Source of the DNA: Octopus bimaculoides
Taxonomy: Eukaryota
Assembly (NCBI RefSeq): GCF_001194135.2
Contig: NC_068982.1
Span: 68,329,300-68,393,299, forward strand
DNA: 64,000 bases
Reading direction: 5' to 3'
Shown here: positions 1 to 10,771 of the stretch, in pieces
Numbering within the stretch: the stretch's first letter is position 1
How the letters are laid out: each line of letters starts with the position of its first letter
The notes under the pieces: model-generated
Told to the model about the DNA's origin: nothing
Databases searched by the model: none
The model's input: only the letters and a program-made list of their open reading frames with translations
Program-made: the position numbers and the translations under genes

Positions 1-140
1 GCCCTTCCTAATGCCAACCACTCCAAGAGTGTAGTGGGTGCTTTTACGTGCCACCGGCACGAGGGCCAGTCAGGCGGTACTGGCGATGGCCACGCTCGAA
101 ATGGTGTATTTTACGTGTCACCTGCACAGGAGCCAGTCCA
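1..140 (-). mobile_element. RTE LINE 3'UTR fragment (young subfamily), cut by the window edge
   Basis: Reverse complement of the 3'UTR at about 3640-3780. Confidence 0.85.
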
Positions 141-384
141 GCTCGAATGTCTTACTGGCAACCAGTGTTCAAATTCCTTTCAGGGTCAATTCACTAAGTA
201 GGGGTATGGTCGATTATATCAAGTTTGGTATTTCACTGGTACTTTATTTTATTGACTGCTGAAAGATGAAATGTGAAGTTGACTACTGCAAGATTTGAAC
301 ACAGAACATAAAGAACCAAAAAAAAAAATGTTGCAAGCTGTTTTTTTCCCCAAAACTCTTATGATTCTAGCAATCAATCACCTT

Positions 385-830
385 ATAATAATCATTTCTA
401 GCATCTGCACAAGGTCTGAAATTTGGGATAAGGGATTAGCTAAAACCAATGACCCCCAATACTTGACTGCTACTTTATCAACTATGAAAGAATGATAGGC
501 ATAGTTGACTTCGGTGGGATTTGAACTCCGCATTTAGGATGTTTGATAAAGCACCCTAGGCATTTTATCTGACACATTAACAATTGTGTCATCCCACCTG
601 TAAAGTATAATAATTGTTTCTGATTTAGGCACAATGTCAGCAGTTTTGAAGGCAGGGATTAGTCAATACCATTGGCTTCAGTTCTTTGCTGGTTGTTCAT
701 TTAATTGACCCTCAAAAGTATGTTAGTTAAAATTGACATTGACAGGATTTGAACACGAAACCTAAAGAGCCAGATGTAATATCACAAGGTATTTTATCTG
801 ACACTCTACCAGTTCTGTTATTCCTCCATA
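385..830 (-). mobile_element. Two tandem degenerate copies of tRNA-derived SINE family B
   Basis: Shared core 'gacccc..tact..actggtac..tattt..tc.accc...aggatgaaaggcaaagt.gac...ggatttgaactc'. Other copies near 4650-4850, 19925-20125 (+), 32570-32780, 39720-39830, 40120-40530, 41450-41670 and 60600-60800. Confidence 0.7.
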
Positions 831-904
831 TAAGGTATGATAAAACAGGTTTTATGTATTACACATTTGTTTTTGTTTTTAAATTTACAATGATTATGCT
901 TGTA

Positions 905-1060
905 TACATAGTGTGAAGGTACATAGTCTAGCAGTTAGGGTGTTGAACTCATGACCATGAGATTGTAGTACTAATTCCCAGACTGGTTGTGCATTGTGTT
1001 CTTGAGCAAAACACTTCATCTGACATTGCTCCAGTCCACTCAGCTGTGAATGGGTTATCC
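905..1060 (+). mobile_element. Degenerate tRNA-headed SINE (family C) 5' part
   Basis: 'ttgtgttcttgagcaaaacacttcat...ttgctccagtccactcagctg' core, shared with 20350-20627 and 45814-46133. Confidence 0.6.
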
Positions 1061-1229
1061 TTGCAACAGATTGGCATACAAGAGTGAGATGGTGATTCAG
1101 TGGGGAAATCACTCAAACAGAGGTCCTGCAAGCAACATTTTGTATTCAGCAATTAAAGGGATGAATAGTACAACCTGTACTGTGAATCCCAGCTGGTTGG
1201 GATTGGTTGTTCAACCATGTCAAAGGATG

Positions 1230-1565
1230 ATGATGATGCATCATCATCATCATCAAGTGTTTTAAATCCAGGTTTTGTCCTCATTAACGGGGGTGGCTGG
1301 ATCTACCTCAATGCCATAGCAACTGAGGCAGGCGGGTGCAGCCCACCCCAACCTTTGGGCTGCTGGTGCCCATTCTCCCTTGCTATCATGAGGCTTTTTT
1401 GGAGCTGGATTTTCTACTGGGAGCATGCCCTTACTTACCCCCAACCTCAGTTTCTAGACATGAGTGGTCCTGAGACCAAGGCCTCTGCCACGATTTTTAA
1501 GAAATGTGGGGGAAAACTAGCTCAGGAAGACGGGGGCACTACTCCCTGAGACCCCTTTTGGAGCC
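1230..1565 (-). mobile_element. GC-rich 3' end of a non-LTR retroelement with (GAT)n tail
   Basis: Minus strand reads 'ggttggggtaagtaagggcatgctcccagtagaaaatccagctcc...' and ends in GATGATGATG. Confidence 0.4.
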
Positions 1566-2570
1566 CCCCTACCTATACATATAATATATAAAAGGACAAT
1601 CTGCATCAAGTTATCCCAAATTCTTATTTGTCACTTGTAAATCCATAGTTGCTAACTTCTTACAATCTGAGTCAATGTGACCTGAGCTGGTGTAGTAGAC
1701 ACATGTATGCATGTGTACACTTGCACATGCATTTCCTGCCCCTCACACTTAACATGCAGAACAATGGGTATTTTCACATTGGTTGGCACATTATAGATTA
1801 TATAACACATTGGTCAATCCTATTATTTCATCAATTAATTAGTACAGATGCTAATATATACCCCATTTTTTTTATGGTATTGATTTAAAAATCTGATTTA
1901 CTTTTATCTTCCAATAAATCTATATTGCTTAGCCTGTCAAAAGAGAATCTTTTTTTTTTTCTCTTTAAAGATTAGATGATGTTTACTTGCAAAAAAAAAC
2001 TCTTATGCATGATGCAACATGAAACAGATTTACATATGAAGTAGCTGATATCATTATCAGTACCTTTTTTTAGGTGGGTGGGGGCTTATAATTTTTATTG
2101 TCATAATCATTGTTGTCGTTATCCTTGTCATAATCATTATTATCACAATCCTCAGCATTAACATCATTATCACCATAATCATTATTGTGTGTGTGTGATA
2201 ATTAGACTAACAATCAGTAGTTTAAGTATTCCAAGTGATTATATCATGTGTTAATTGGATTTTATCCATTGAACTTGTGATTCAGCTGCCATCTTCATTG
2301 AATGTTGTGACTACTTACAAGTCTGTAAAGCTAGACAGTAATACTCTAAAACACAATGGATTAGAGTTCAATATCTATCTAAGAATAATGGCTGATGCGA
2401 TTAATTGTTAAGGCAAAGGAATAGAAACTGGAGACTAACTGGTTATTGATGTGACAATTGAAATATTTATTAACTGAATTAGATATTCTGGGATCAACAG
2501 GAAGGATATTTCAATGTTAATCAGGGAAAGATGGTGGAGCTGTTGTAAAGAGGATTTACTTTGTATATTC

Positions 2571-3899
2571 AGGTGTAGGTAGTAACTCTATAAGATGTAC
2601 CCAGTGCAAGCTATGGACACATACGAGGTGCAGCAATATCAAAGGCAGGTGAACTAGGAAGTTAGTTTTTGTATGTGGCAGATGTTCAGGTGCAATAAAC
2701 ACTGTAAACAAACAGGAAACCACTTCTGTCTCATTCCAGGGAAAAAAACTAGAGGTAGTTGATAGCTTCCGCTATCTGGGTGACCAAGTCAGTAGTGGGG
2801 GAGGGTGCACTGAAAGTGTAGCTTCTAGAATAAGAATAGCCTGGGCAAAGCTCAGAGAGCTCTTACCTCTGTTGGCGACAAAGGGGCTCTCACTCAGAGT
2901 AAAAGGTAGACTGTATGACGCATGTGTACGAACAGCCATGCTACATGGCAGTGAAACATGGGGCGTGACTGCTGAGGACATGCGTAAGCTCGCAAGGAAT
3001 GAAGCCAGTATGCTCCAATGGATGTGTAATGTCAGTGTGCATACCCGACAGAGTGTAAGTATCTTGAGAGAAAAGTTGAACATAAGAAGCATCAGTTGTG
3101 GTGTGCAAGAGAGACGATTGCGCTGATATGGACATGTGGTGAGAATGGATGAGGATAGCTGCGTGAAAAAGTGCCACACCCTAGCAGGTGGAAGAGGTAG
3201 GCCCAGAAAGACCTGGGATGAGGTGGTGAGGCAAGACCTTCGAACATTGGGCCTCACCGAGGTGATGACTTCTGACCGAGACCTTTGGAAATATGCTGTG
3301 CATGAGAAGACCCGGCAAGCCAAGTGAGACCTAAATCCAAAGCCTCTGCCAGGGGTGTAGCCAGCCCACTTATGCGTACCTTTCCTTCATTGGACACTAA
3401 ACTCCGCTTGCGAAGACCTGTTGGGTCAAGGGAAATCGAAACCGAACTAAATTCGACGACTGGCACCCATGCCAACGCCATCTCCTTCATTGGACACAAA
3501 ATTCAGCTTGCGAAGACCTATTGGGGCAAGTGAAAGCAAAATCGTGATGGCACCTGTGCCCAGCGTCGCCTTTCTGGCACTTGTGCCCGTGGCATGTGTG
3601 AGGACTTTTGAGCGAGATCGTTGCCAGTGCGCCTGGACTGGCTCTTGTGCGGGTGGCACATAAAATACACCATTTTGAGCGTGGTCGTTGCCAGTACTGC
3701 CTGACTGGCCTTCATGCCAGTGACACGTAAAAGCACCCACTACACTCTCGGAGTGGTTGGCATTAGGAAAGGCATCCAGCTGTAGAAACTCTGCCAAATC
3801 AGATTGGAGCCTGGTGTAGCCATCTGGTTTCACCAGTCCTCAGTCAAATCGTCCAACCCATGCTAGCATGGAAAGCGGACGTTAAACGATGATGATGAT
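2571..3899 (+). mobile_element. 5'-truncated RTE-clade LINE: ORF2 C-terminal part (2572-3327, two premature TGA) plus 3'UTR and (GAT)n tail
   Basis: One frame reads GVGSNSIRCTQCKLWTHTRC...KLEVVDSFRYLGD...RIRIAWAKLRELL...KGRLYDACVRTAMLHGSETW...RRLR*YGHVVRM...GRGRPRKTWDEVV. Stops at 2650 and 3124. Confidence 0.92.
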
Positions 3900-4047
3900 T
3901 CAAACTGGAGCCTGGTGCAGCTGTCCAGCTTACCAGTTCCACTCAAATCATCTAACCCATGCCAACATGGAAAACATGCTAAATGATGATGATGATGATT
4001 CAGTTACTTCCTTTTTATATTCCAAGTTCAAATCCAGCTGGGATTGG

Positions 4048-4411
4048 CATTACTTTTCACCTTTTACTTGTTTCAGTCATTAGACTGTGGCCATGTTGGA
4101 GCACCACCACTTTGAAGGATTTAGTTAAACAAATTGACCCCACAGTTGTTTTTCTTTTTTTCTTTTTTTTTTTTTTTAGGTCCAGTACTGATTCTATCAT
4201 TCTCTTTTACCAAATCACTAAATTACTGAGACAAATAAACTGGTTGTCCAGTGGCAGGAGGGACAAACACACTCACACAGTTTCTGTCTATCAAATTTAC
4301 TCACAAGGCATATGTTGGCCCAGAAGACACTTGCCCAAGGGGGTCACACAGTGAGACTGAACCCAAAGTCACATAGTTGCAAAATTGAGCTTTTTAACCA
4401 CACAGCCATAC
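4048..4411 (-). mobile_element. tRNA-derived SINE family A, degenerate full-length copy
   Basis: Reverse complement of the family A consensus exemplified at 44431-44810. Confidence 0.7.
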
Positions 4412-6980
4412 TTTTCCTTACACTGGGACTGATAGCATAAATATGAATAATATATATGGATTGATATAGGTGACTACAGACCTTTTCTATAAATGCGTGT
4501 CTGTGTGTCAAAGTTAAAAATTAATATTTTAATTGATGCATAGGAGGAAAACTTGTAATTTCATTAATTAGCAGTTTGTAAATTATTGCATCATGTATAG
4601 ATGTTAGCAAACTTTTTAATATAAACAAGTTAGAAACAATGTCTTCTGATTTAAACAAGGCCATTATTTCAGGGAGGAGTTTAGTTAATGCCATCGATCC
4701 TAGTACTTGACTGGCACTTTATTTTATCAACTCCCAAAAGAATGAAAGGTTAAGTTGTCCTTGTTAGAATTTGAACTCCGAATTTAAAGAGTCAACCAAA
4801 TACCACAAAACATATACTCTAATGCTCTAACAATTCTGCCTACTCAGTACCTTAAAGGAATTAGGAATATTATACTCAACCACATGTAACAAGCACACAC
4901 ACACACACACACACACTAGGCTTCTTTCAGTTTCCATATAAGTTCACTTATGAGGTTTTAGTCAACCTGGAGCTATAGTAGAAGACACTCAACCATGATA
5001 CCATACAGATTAAATATTTTCCATGTTTAATTTTGGTATTTCTTATTGAATTTCATAAAACAACAGACAAAAAGAGATTAAAAAATAGCCAAAACCATTT
5101 TGTCTCTGTTCTCCTGCAAAAATCCCACCATAAACCCAGCCTCTGAGTAATATTTACCAATCCATTGATTTACCATTGTAAGAATCTTGTTTTATCAGTT
5201 GCCAAGCAACACAGCTGTTAATTACTTTGTTTTTATTTTCTTTTTTAACTGTTTGCTTAGTTACTGTCTCACATTTTCATGTGTGTGTCAGTGTAAGACA
5301 GCATATTGTCTGACAGTCTGCCTACAGTTACCAAACCTCTTTCATCTGTGTCATCTTTTTATTTATACAATTACAGATGCTTTATTTTATGGTTATTCTG
5401 TTTGCATAATTTTGAAACTAAAGTTTGTTTCATGAACCATGTGCTGTTGTTGCTTAACTCTTGATTAGGTTGACATAAGTTTAACACAAAAATAACTGGT
5501 ACCTGGTCTTTGTAGCGTTAGGAACTGATCTCTCTGAGATATTGCAGTAGCCCATATATTCAGTAAACTTCTACTTTAGTTTTGAACCCACACACTGTGA
5601 ACTTATAACTTATAACTTAGTACTTAACTACTTAACTATGTGGTTAAGTACTAGGTTCCTGATTTCTGTCATTGTTATTATTTGCTTGGTTCAGGAAAAT
5701 CTTTTTGTTTTCTTAAAGCAAATATTGATTATTTCTTTATTCAATACAAGCAAGTTTTCTAAGTAACTACTTAAGAACAATAAAATAAGGATGTCTCTAC
5801 CAAGTCTTTTGTGATTTTTGTTTAATTTTTTTATTTGTTGGTTTCTTTTGGTGTTTTATAAAAACACTGGACAATTGTAATAGCTGATTAATTGGTTGAA
5901 GAGTTTTACAATTAAGCATTAAAAAGGCATGAAATATTGTTTGTTTACAGGTCACTCAGGCCTGGCATTAAACCTAGATCAAATAATCAGTTCACTGTTG
6001 AGTGGTGGTTGACTATAATACATAATGCAACAATTTCATAAAATGTATGAATAAAACTACCCAATATTCAAACAATTATGGACCATGGTTTTGTGCAGCA
6101 TGGCTGCAGCCAACTGGTTAGAACTAGTGAAACCATAAAGCCTCACCATCTCTCTCTCTCTCTCTTATGCATTTGCTCAACCTGCAAGAAATAGCAACTA
6201 AATTTCCAAAATGCATCCTAAATCATTGTCATTTAACTTCCCTGTTCCATTCTGTTGTGGGCAGGATAGTTTGACAGGATCTGATAGGCCCAAGGACTGC
6301 ATCATGCTCCAGTATCTGCCCTGGCAGGGGTTTCTACAGCTTATAGTCTTCAAAAAAGGTTATATTAGGTTTTATAGACCTACATACACTGTTTGAATAA
6401 AAGACAGGGTGGTTATGGCTGGAATAACCTTTGACCATGAGCCCATGACTTGGAACTTAACAAATTCTAAGACATTTCCCCATTCACTTTTTTATATAGT
6501 CTTACCTTTTAAATGTTATTAGCATTTTTAATCACCTGCTACCTTTGCAGTTTATCTCAAGCATCAGATACTACTAAATATTGGTAACATATTTATTTCA
6601 CATAACCAGAGAAAATGTTTTAAAAAGACTGTTAATGATCTGAAATTAATTTAGAATTGATAATAATTCATGTGTGAAAGGGGTCTCATTGTAACACTTA
6701 AACACACACTCTACAACATGTAACAGAAAGATACAAGTTTCAAACCAGTATTGTTTCTTTTCTTGTTTCTTACTTTACTTTGATAAAGGGTTCATCCAAA
6801 ATATCAGTCTACTTTTTTTTCCTTTTTTTTTTTTGTCGTACCATTCACTGTATTTGTTATATTTTTCTTGTGTTTACTTTTTGTCCATCATTTTTTGAAT
6901 TTTGTCTACCTGTTGTACCCTCTCACATTGCCCACATTTATGCTATTTCAACTCTCACTATTACTTTTATTTTTGTCTAG

Positions 6981-7050
6981 GAGCAGTATTCTTCTGAGGC
7001 TCTGCCAATGTCCACGTTATACTCAAAGAATATATTTAACAGCTTCAAAG
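6981..7050 (+). CDS. Candidate internal coding exon (70 nt) of an unidentified gene: EQYSSEALPMSTLYSKNIFNSFK
   Basis: Acceptor TTTTATTTTTGTCTAG and strong donor AAG|GTGAGT. Open in phase 0->1 (also open in one other frame). Lies in non-repetitive sequence. Confidence 0.55.
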
Positions 7051-7418
7051 GTGAGTGAAATAGTTCTTATTTGAAATCTTTCAAAATTACCATATTTCCT
7101 GGTATCTTTATCTTTTACTCGTTTCAATCATTGGACTGTGGGCATCCTGGGACACTGCCTTGAAAGCTTTTAATCAAACAAATCAACCCCCTACTTGCAT
7201 TTTTTTAAAATCTGGTACTTATTCTATCAGTCTCTATGCCAAACTGCTTATTACAGGGATGTAAACACACACACATACACACACTTCATTTGTGGGTTAA
7301 CAAAGTAGCCATTGATTTCATATGAAGAGATTTTCACAAATGTTCAAGTGTGCCACATTGGAATTTTGGTACTCGTTACCATTTTGGCTATTAGTATGTA
7401 TGTATGTATGTATGTATG

Positions 7419-7455
<37 letters not shown>

Positions 7456-8771
7456 AAAGATACATTAATCATAAGTTCAATTCTTAAAACCATGGTAGGT
7501 TAGAGTCCATAAGCAAAGAGTTCCACAAAATCAATTCATAATGCTTAAGAATTGAACTTTTTGAAAGTACTCTTGTGTGAGGGGAGTAAAAAAAAGAACT
7601 TTTTAAAAATATTTTTAGTTGATTGATATTTTATTTTATCTTAGTTTATTTAGTCTTTTAGTAACATGACACGCTATAGAATTTTTATGAATTTTTAGTC
7701 ATATTTACCTTTTGATAGGCCATAATTTGTTTTGTTGACCGGTGTAATATATATAATGTGTTTATGTATTATCATCATAATACCCCGTACTCACTAGCAC
7801 TTCAATGACTCTACTTCCATGTGATAATAGCATTTTAAACTAATTAAACCTTTATCTGGAAGAAATGCTTTCAAATATGTTTGTTTATCTGCTTCTTTTA
7901 AGGAAGTATAAACTATTTTTGCTCCTCTCATTGATTGGCAGCCCAAAGACCAATGGTGCTAGCAAGTTTATTTAATCTGCTTTTATTATACATGTTGTTA
8001 GCATTGTTAATGTTGTTTGAATCAGGTTACCTACAATTTCCATAATGGAGTGTTCTAGAGCAAAATTGTTAGAATACTAGTTGAACAACAGGACAAATAT
8101 ATTGATTTTGAAGGTAACATTATCCAATCAGAGTTGATTGGTGTTAAATAATGTTTATTAGCTATGGGTTAGTTTGTTGTGCTTTATTCTCCCGTGTGTG
8201 GTGCAGTAGTGTTTGCTAATGATTTTAGTTGAGAAAAGCTCCTTGCTCTTTTGCTATAGCTTGTAGATATTCCTTTCGGGTTCATGTGTAAAAGAAAGAA
8301 AATAAGTATCTTTCAATGTTATTGATGCAGTTCTTTGTTTGTTTTACAGTGCAGTAGTAATGGGTTTCCTTTTAATTACTATAAACTGAATATCAATTGG
8401 CATAAGTGGAAGATAGCTCTCACATCTTAAACGATATATATATATATATATATTATATATGTATCATGTTTAAAATATATTCACTGTTGACAGGCAAGAT
8501 ACTGCAGTTTTTGTCTAAGATAAATCTCTTATAAGTGTACTGTGTTAAAAACACAATATATATCAGAAGGAGGAACAAAAAATTGCAGGTCCCTTCTTAC
8601 TACTATGTTGGAATTTTTGGCTCTTTGTCAAAATGTATCATTGTTGTGTCTTTTCTGTAAGTATTTCCATGTTCATTGCACTGATGAATTTTCTGATCTA
8701 GTACTTTCTGTCAAGACTTTTAACTTATTATTTACATTTGACGGATATTTGTCCTCATCTTGTTTGTTGTT

Positions 8772-8817
8772 AACACAACGTTTCAGCTGATATACCCTCC
8801 AGCCTTCATCAGGTGTC
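8772..8817 (-). ncRNA. Minimal type I hammerhead ribozyme, core intact
   Basis: Minus strand: GACAC-CUGAUGA-A-GGCUG(gagggtatat)CAGCU-GAAAC-GUU-GUGUU. Stems I and II pair; stem III is the loopless palindrome AACGUU. Confidence 0.8.
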
Positions 8818-9050
8818 TTGGAGAAATTTCAAACCTGGGTTCTCACTCCTAAGGTATTTTTCGATGTTATTATTATTCAGGTCACTGCCTGGAAAATATG
8901 AAAACTAAAAGAAGCAGCACATATGCTAGGACACAACAACCTCCTAAGCAGACTGAGTGCAGATATGAGTAGCATATGGGAACCGGTATTAAGGAAGGAT
9001 AGGAAAATATTAGATTTATAAGCCCTAAAATTCACTCCATATTTGCCCAT

Positions 9051-9123
9051 GGGCATATGGCATAGTGGTTAAGAGTGCAGGCTACTAACCCCAAGATTCC
9101 GAGTTCTATTCTAGGCAGTGACC
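9051..9123 (+). promoter_or_regulatory. tRNA-like segment with Pol III A box and B box inside the Penelope pseudo-LTR
   Basis: A box TGGCATAGTGG (9058-9068), loop CTACTAA, degenerate B box AGTTCTATTCT (9102-9112) at tRNA-like spacing. Confidence 0.65.
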
Positions 9124-9196
9124 TGAAGAATAAGAATAATAATAATAACATCGAAAATAACTTAGGAATGGGAACCCAGGTTCAAAATTTTCCTGA

Positions 9197-9242
9197 GACA
9201 CCTGATGAAGGCTGGAGGGTATATCAGCTGAAACATTGTGTT
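9197..9242 (+). ncRNA. Same hammerhead, with a G16.2->A change (AUU triplet), probably impaired
   Basis: GACAC CTGATGA A GGCTG gagggtatat CAGCT GAAAC ATT GTGTT. Confidence 0.7.
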
Positions 9243-9337
9243 TACAACAAACAAGATGAGGACAAATATCCATCAAATGTAAATAATGTACACAATTCCT
9301 CATCTCTTAAATATAGAACTGTAAGTCTTTTAATTGT

Positions 9338-9548
9338 TTAACTTTTAACAGATCATATCCAATCCAAATACTATACCAGTTTTATGTTCAAACTGGCCAG
9401 ACCTGGCCTCTCACACCTACCCTACAATGTCATTCTGAAAATATACAATCACATCATCAAAATCTCAAAGCTATGAGATGAGACATGATTAATTCCAAAA
9501 CAGCATGAATAAATAAGCATTAAATTTGACAGAATACTAAAGGGTTAA
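9338..9548. mobile_element. piggyBac-like MITE (about 210-230 bp), degenerate left end
   Basis: Right end AATACTAAAGGG-TTAA; internal sequence shared with 24368-24595 and 31105-31332. Confidence 0.6.
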
Positions 9549-10196
9549 ACATGTCACTCACTTCTCTTTCTAAGTACATTGTTTCTCTGTTGAGCTTCCT
9601 GTTAATCTTGAATCCTTTTATTCTTATAGCTTCTTTCCACAAGCTACTGCTCTCTGGAACTCATTATCACCATTTTGTTTTCCTTTAGTCTATGATATTC
9701 ACTTCTGTTCAGCTTTCTGTCAATGGACATTTTTTGAATTGGTAGGTCCCTTCTTTTACTTTTTTGTAGTCTTTTATGTTACAGTTTCATCAAGCCTTGA
9801 TTAGAACAAAAATGTTTTAAAATAATTAATGGTATAAGTGAAATGGTTCAAGTAGAAAACAAACCTGGATTATTGACTGGAATGTATTAGACTGATTTTT
9901 AATTAATGAATCTGGCAGTTATTTAAAGCCAGTCCTAACTAAGCTAGACCAGCTTTCTTTGATACACTGATTTATCAAGTTTACATTAGATATACCATTT
10001 AAAGCAAAATATATTATAACCTCATAAATATTCGTAGCTCAGAATTGCATTTTTTATGATACCACAATGCTGTAGAACAATTACATTATAGATTTGGATA
10101 TATTTAAAAGCATTCTAGTAATGGTAATTATATTGTGCTCAACTTAATTATTGGATTCTGATTTTCCTTAACTTCTGCTATATTGTTTTTTCTCAG

Positions 10197-10223
10197 CTAT
10201 AACAGAAACTTCATCCAATAGTG
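10197..10223 (+). CDS. Candidate 27-nt microexon, (A)ITETSSNS
   Basis: Branch-like CCTTAAC, then TGC, polypyrimidine tract and CAG acceptor; donor G|GTATGT. Open only in phase 1, which matches the exit phase of the 6981-7050 exon. Confidence 0.5.
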
Positions 10224-10354
10224 GTATGTGATTTTTGTTTTTATACCATAGATTGTTATATCATTCCTGGCATCTTAAACGAAAAGAGAAATATATATTT
10301 TGGCTTTCTTTCAACATTTTTATCTCTTTCTAATTTAACATTGATTAGGTGTAC

Positions 10355-10771
10355 TGTTGTATCTCAGGAGGGTCATTATGCAAATAATAAACACATATGC
10401 TTTATTTTCACTTCTCTAATTTTGCTTGGTTAACTATTTAACCAATTAACTAAGCAATTGTTTGGTCAATCAATCAGTCAGCTCACTTTGTCAAAGTTCT
10501 TTTTGTCTCCATTTGTGTCTTCTTCAAAGAAATAATCTCTACTCCAGGTTTGCCTTAGGTCCGGAGAGCATATGTCATTGATGAGGTTGTGAATGATGAC
10601 AAATGGACTTTGACAAACCCAGCTAATTGATTAATTGACCAAATGATTAATCAAGCAATCGGTTAGTTAATTGGTTAAACAGTTAATCAGTTGGCACTAA
10701 TAATAAAAGAAGTGAAACAGGACCAGTGCATGTATTTATTGCTGGTATAATGACCTTCCCATGATACAACA
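10355..10771. mobile_element. Old fold-back / MITE-like element with about 150-170 bp degenerate inverted arms
   Basis: TGTTGTATC..GGTCATTAT..TTTCACTTCT..TTTAACCAATTAACTAA..TTTGGTCAAT..TTTGTCAAAGT occur in mirrored order on the opposite strand at about 10600-10771. Confidence 0.6.

Larger units (their letters stand above)
8726..9322 (+). mobile_element. 5'-truncated Penelope-like element: inverted partial pseudo-LTR, GIY-YIG C-terminal remnant, 3' pseudo-LTR with hammerhead
   Basis: 8727-8894 is the reverse complement of 9109-9287. 8890-9021 translates WKI*KLKEAAHMLGHNNLLSRLSADMSSIWEPVLRKDRKILDL*, resembling Penelope ORF ends. Candidate TSD AAGACTTTTAACT (8713-8725) / AAGTCTTTTAATT (9323-9335). 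Confidence 0.75.

Noticed and set aside
1217-1549. 110-aa GC-rich ORF
   Set aside because: Antisense to a retroelement 3' end with a (GAT)n tail; no recognisable domain or splice context.
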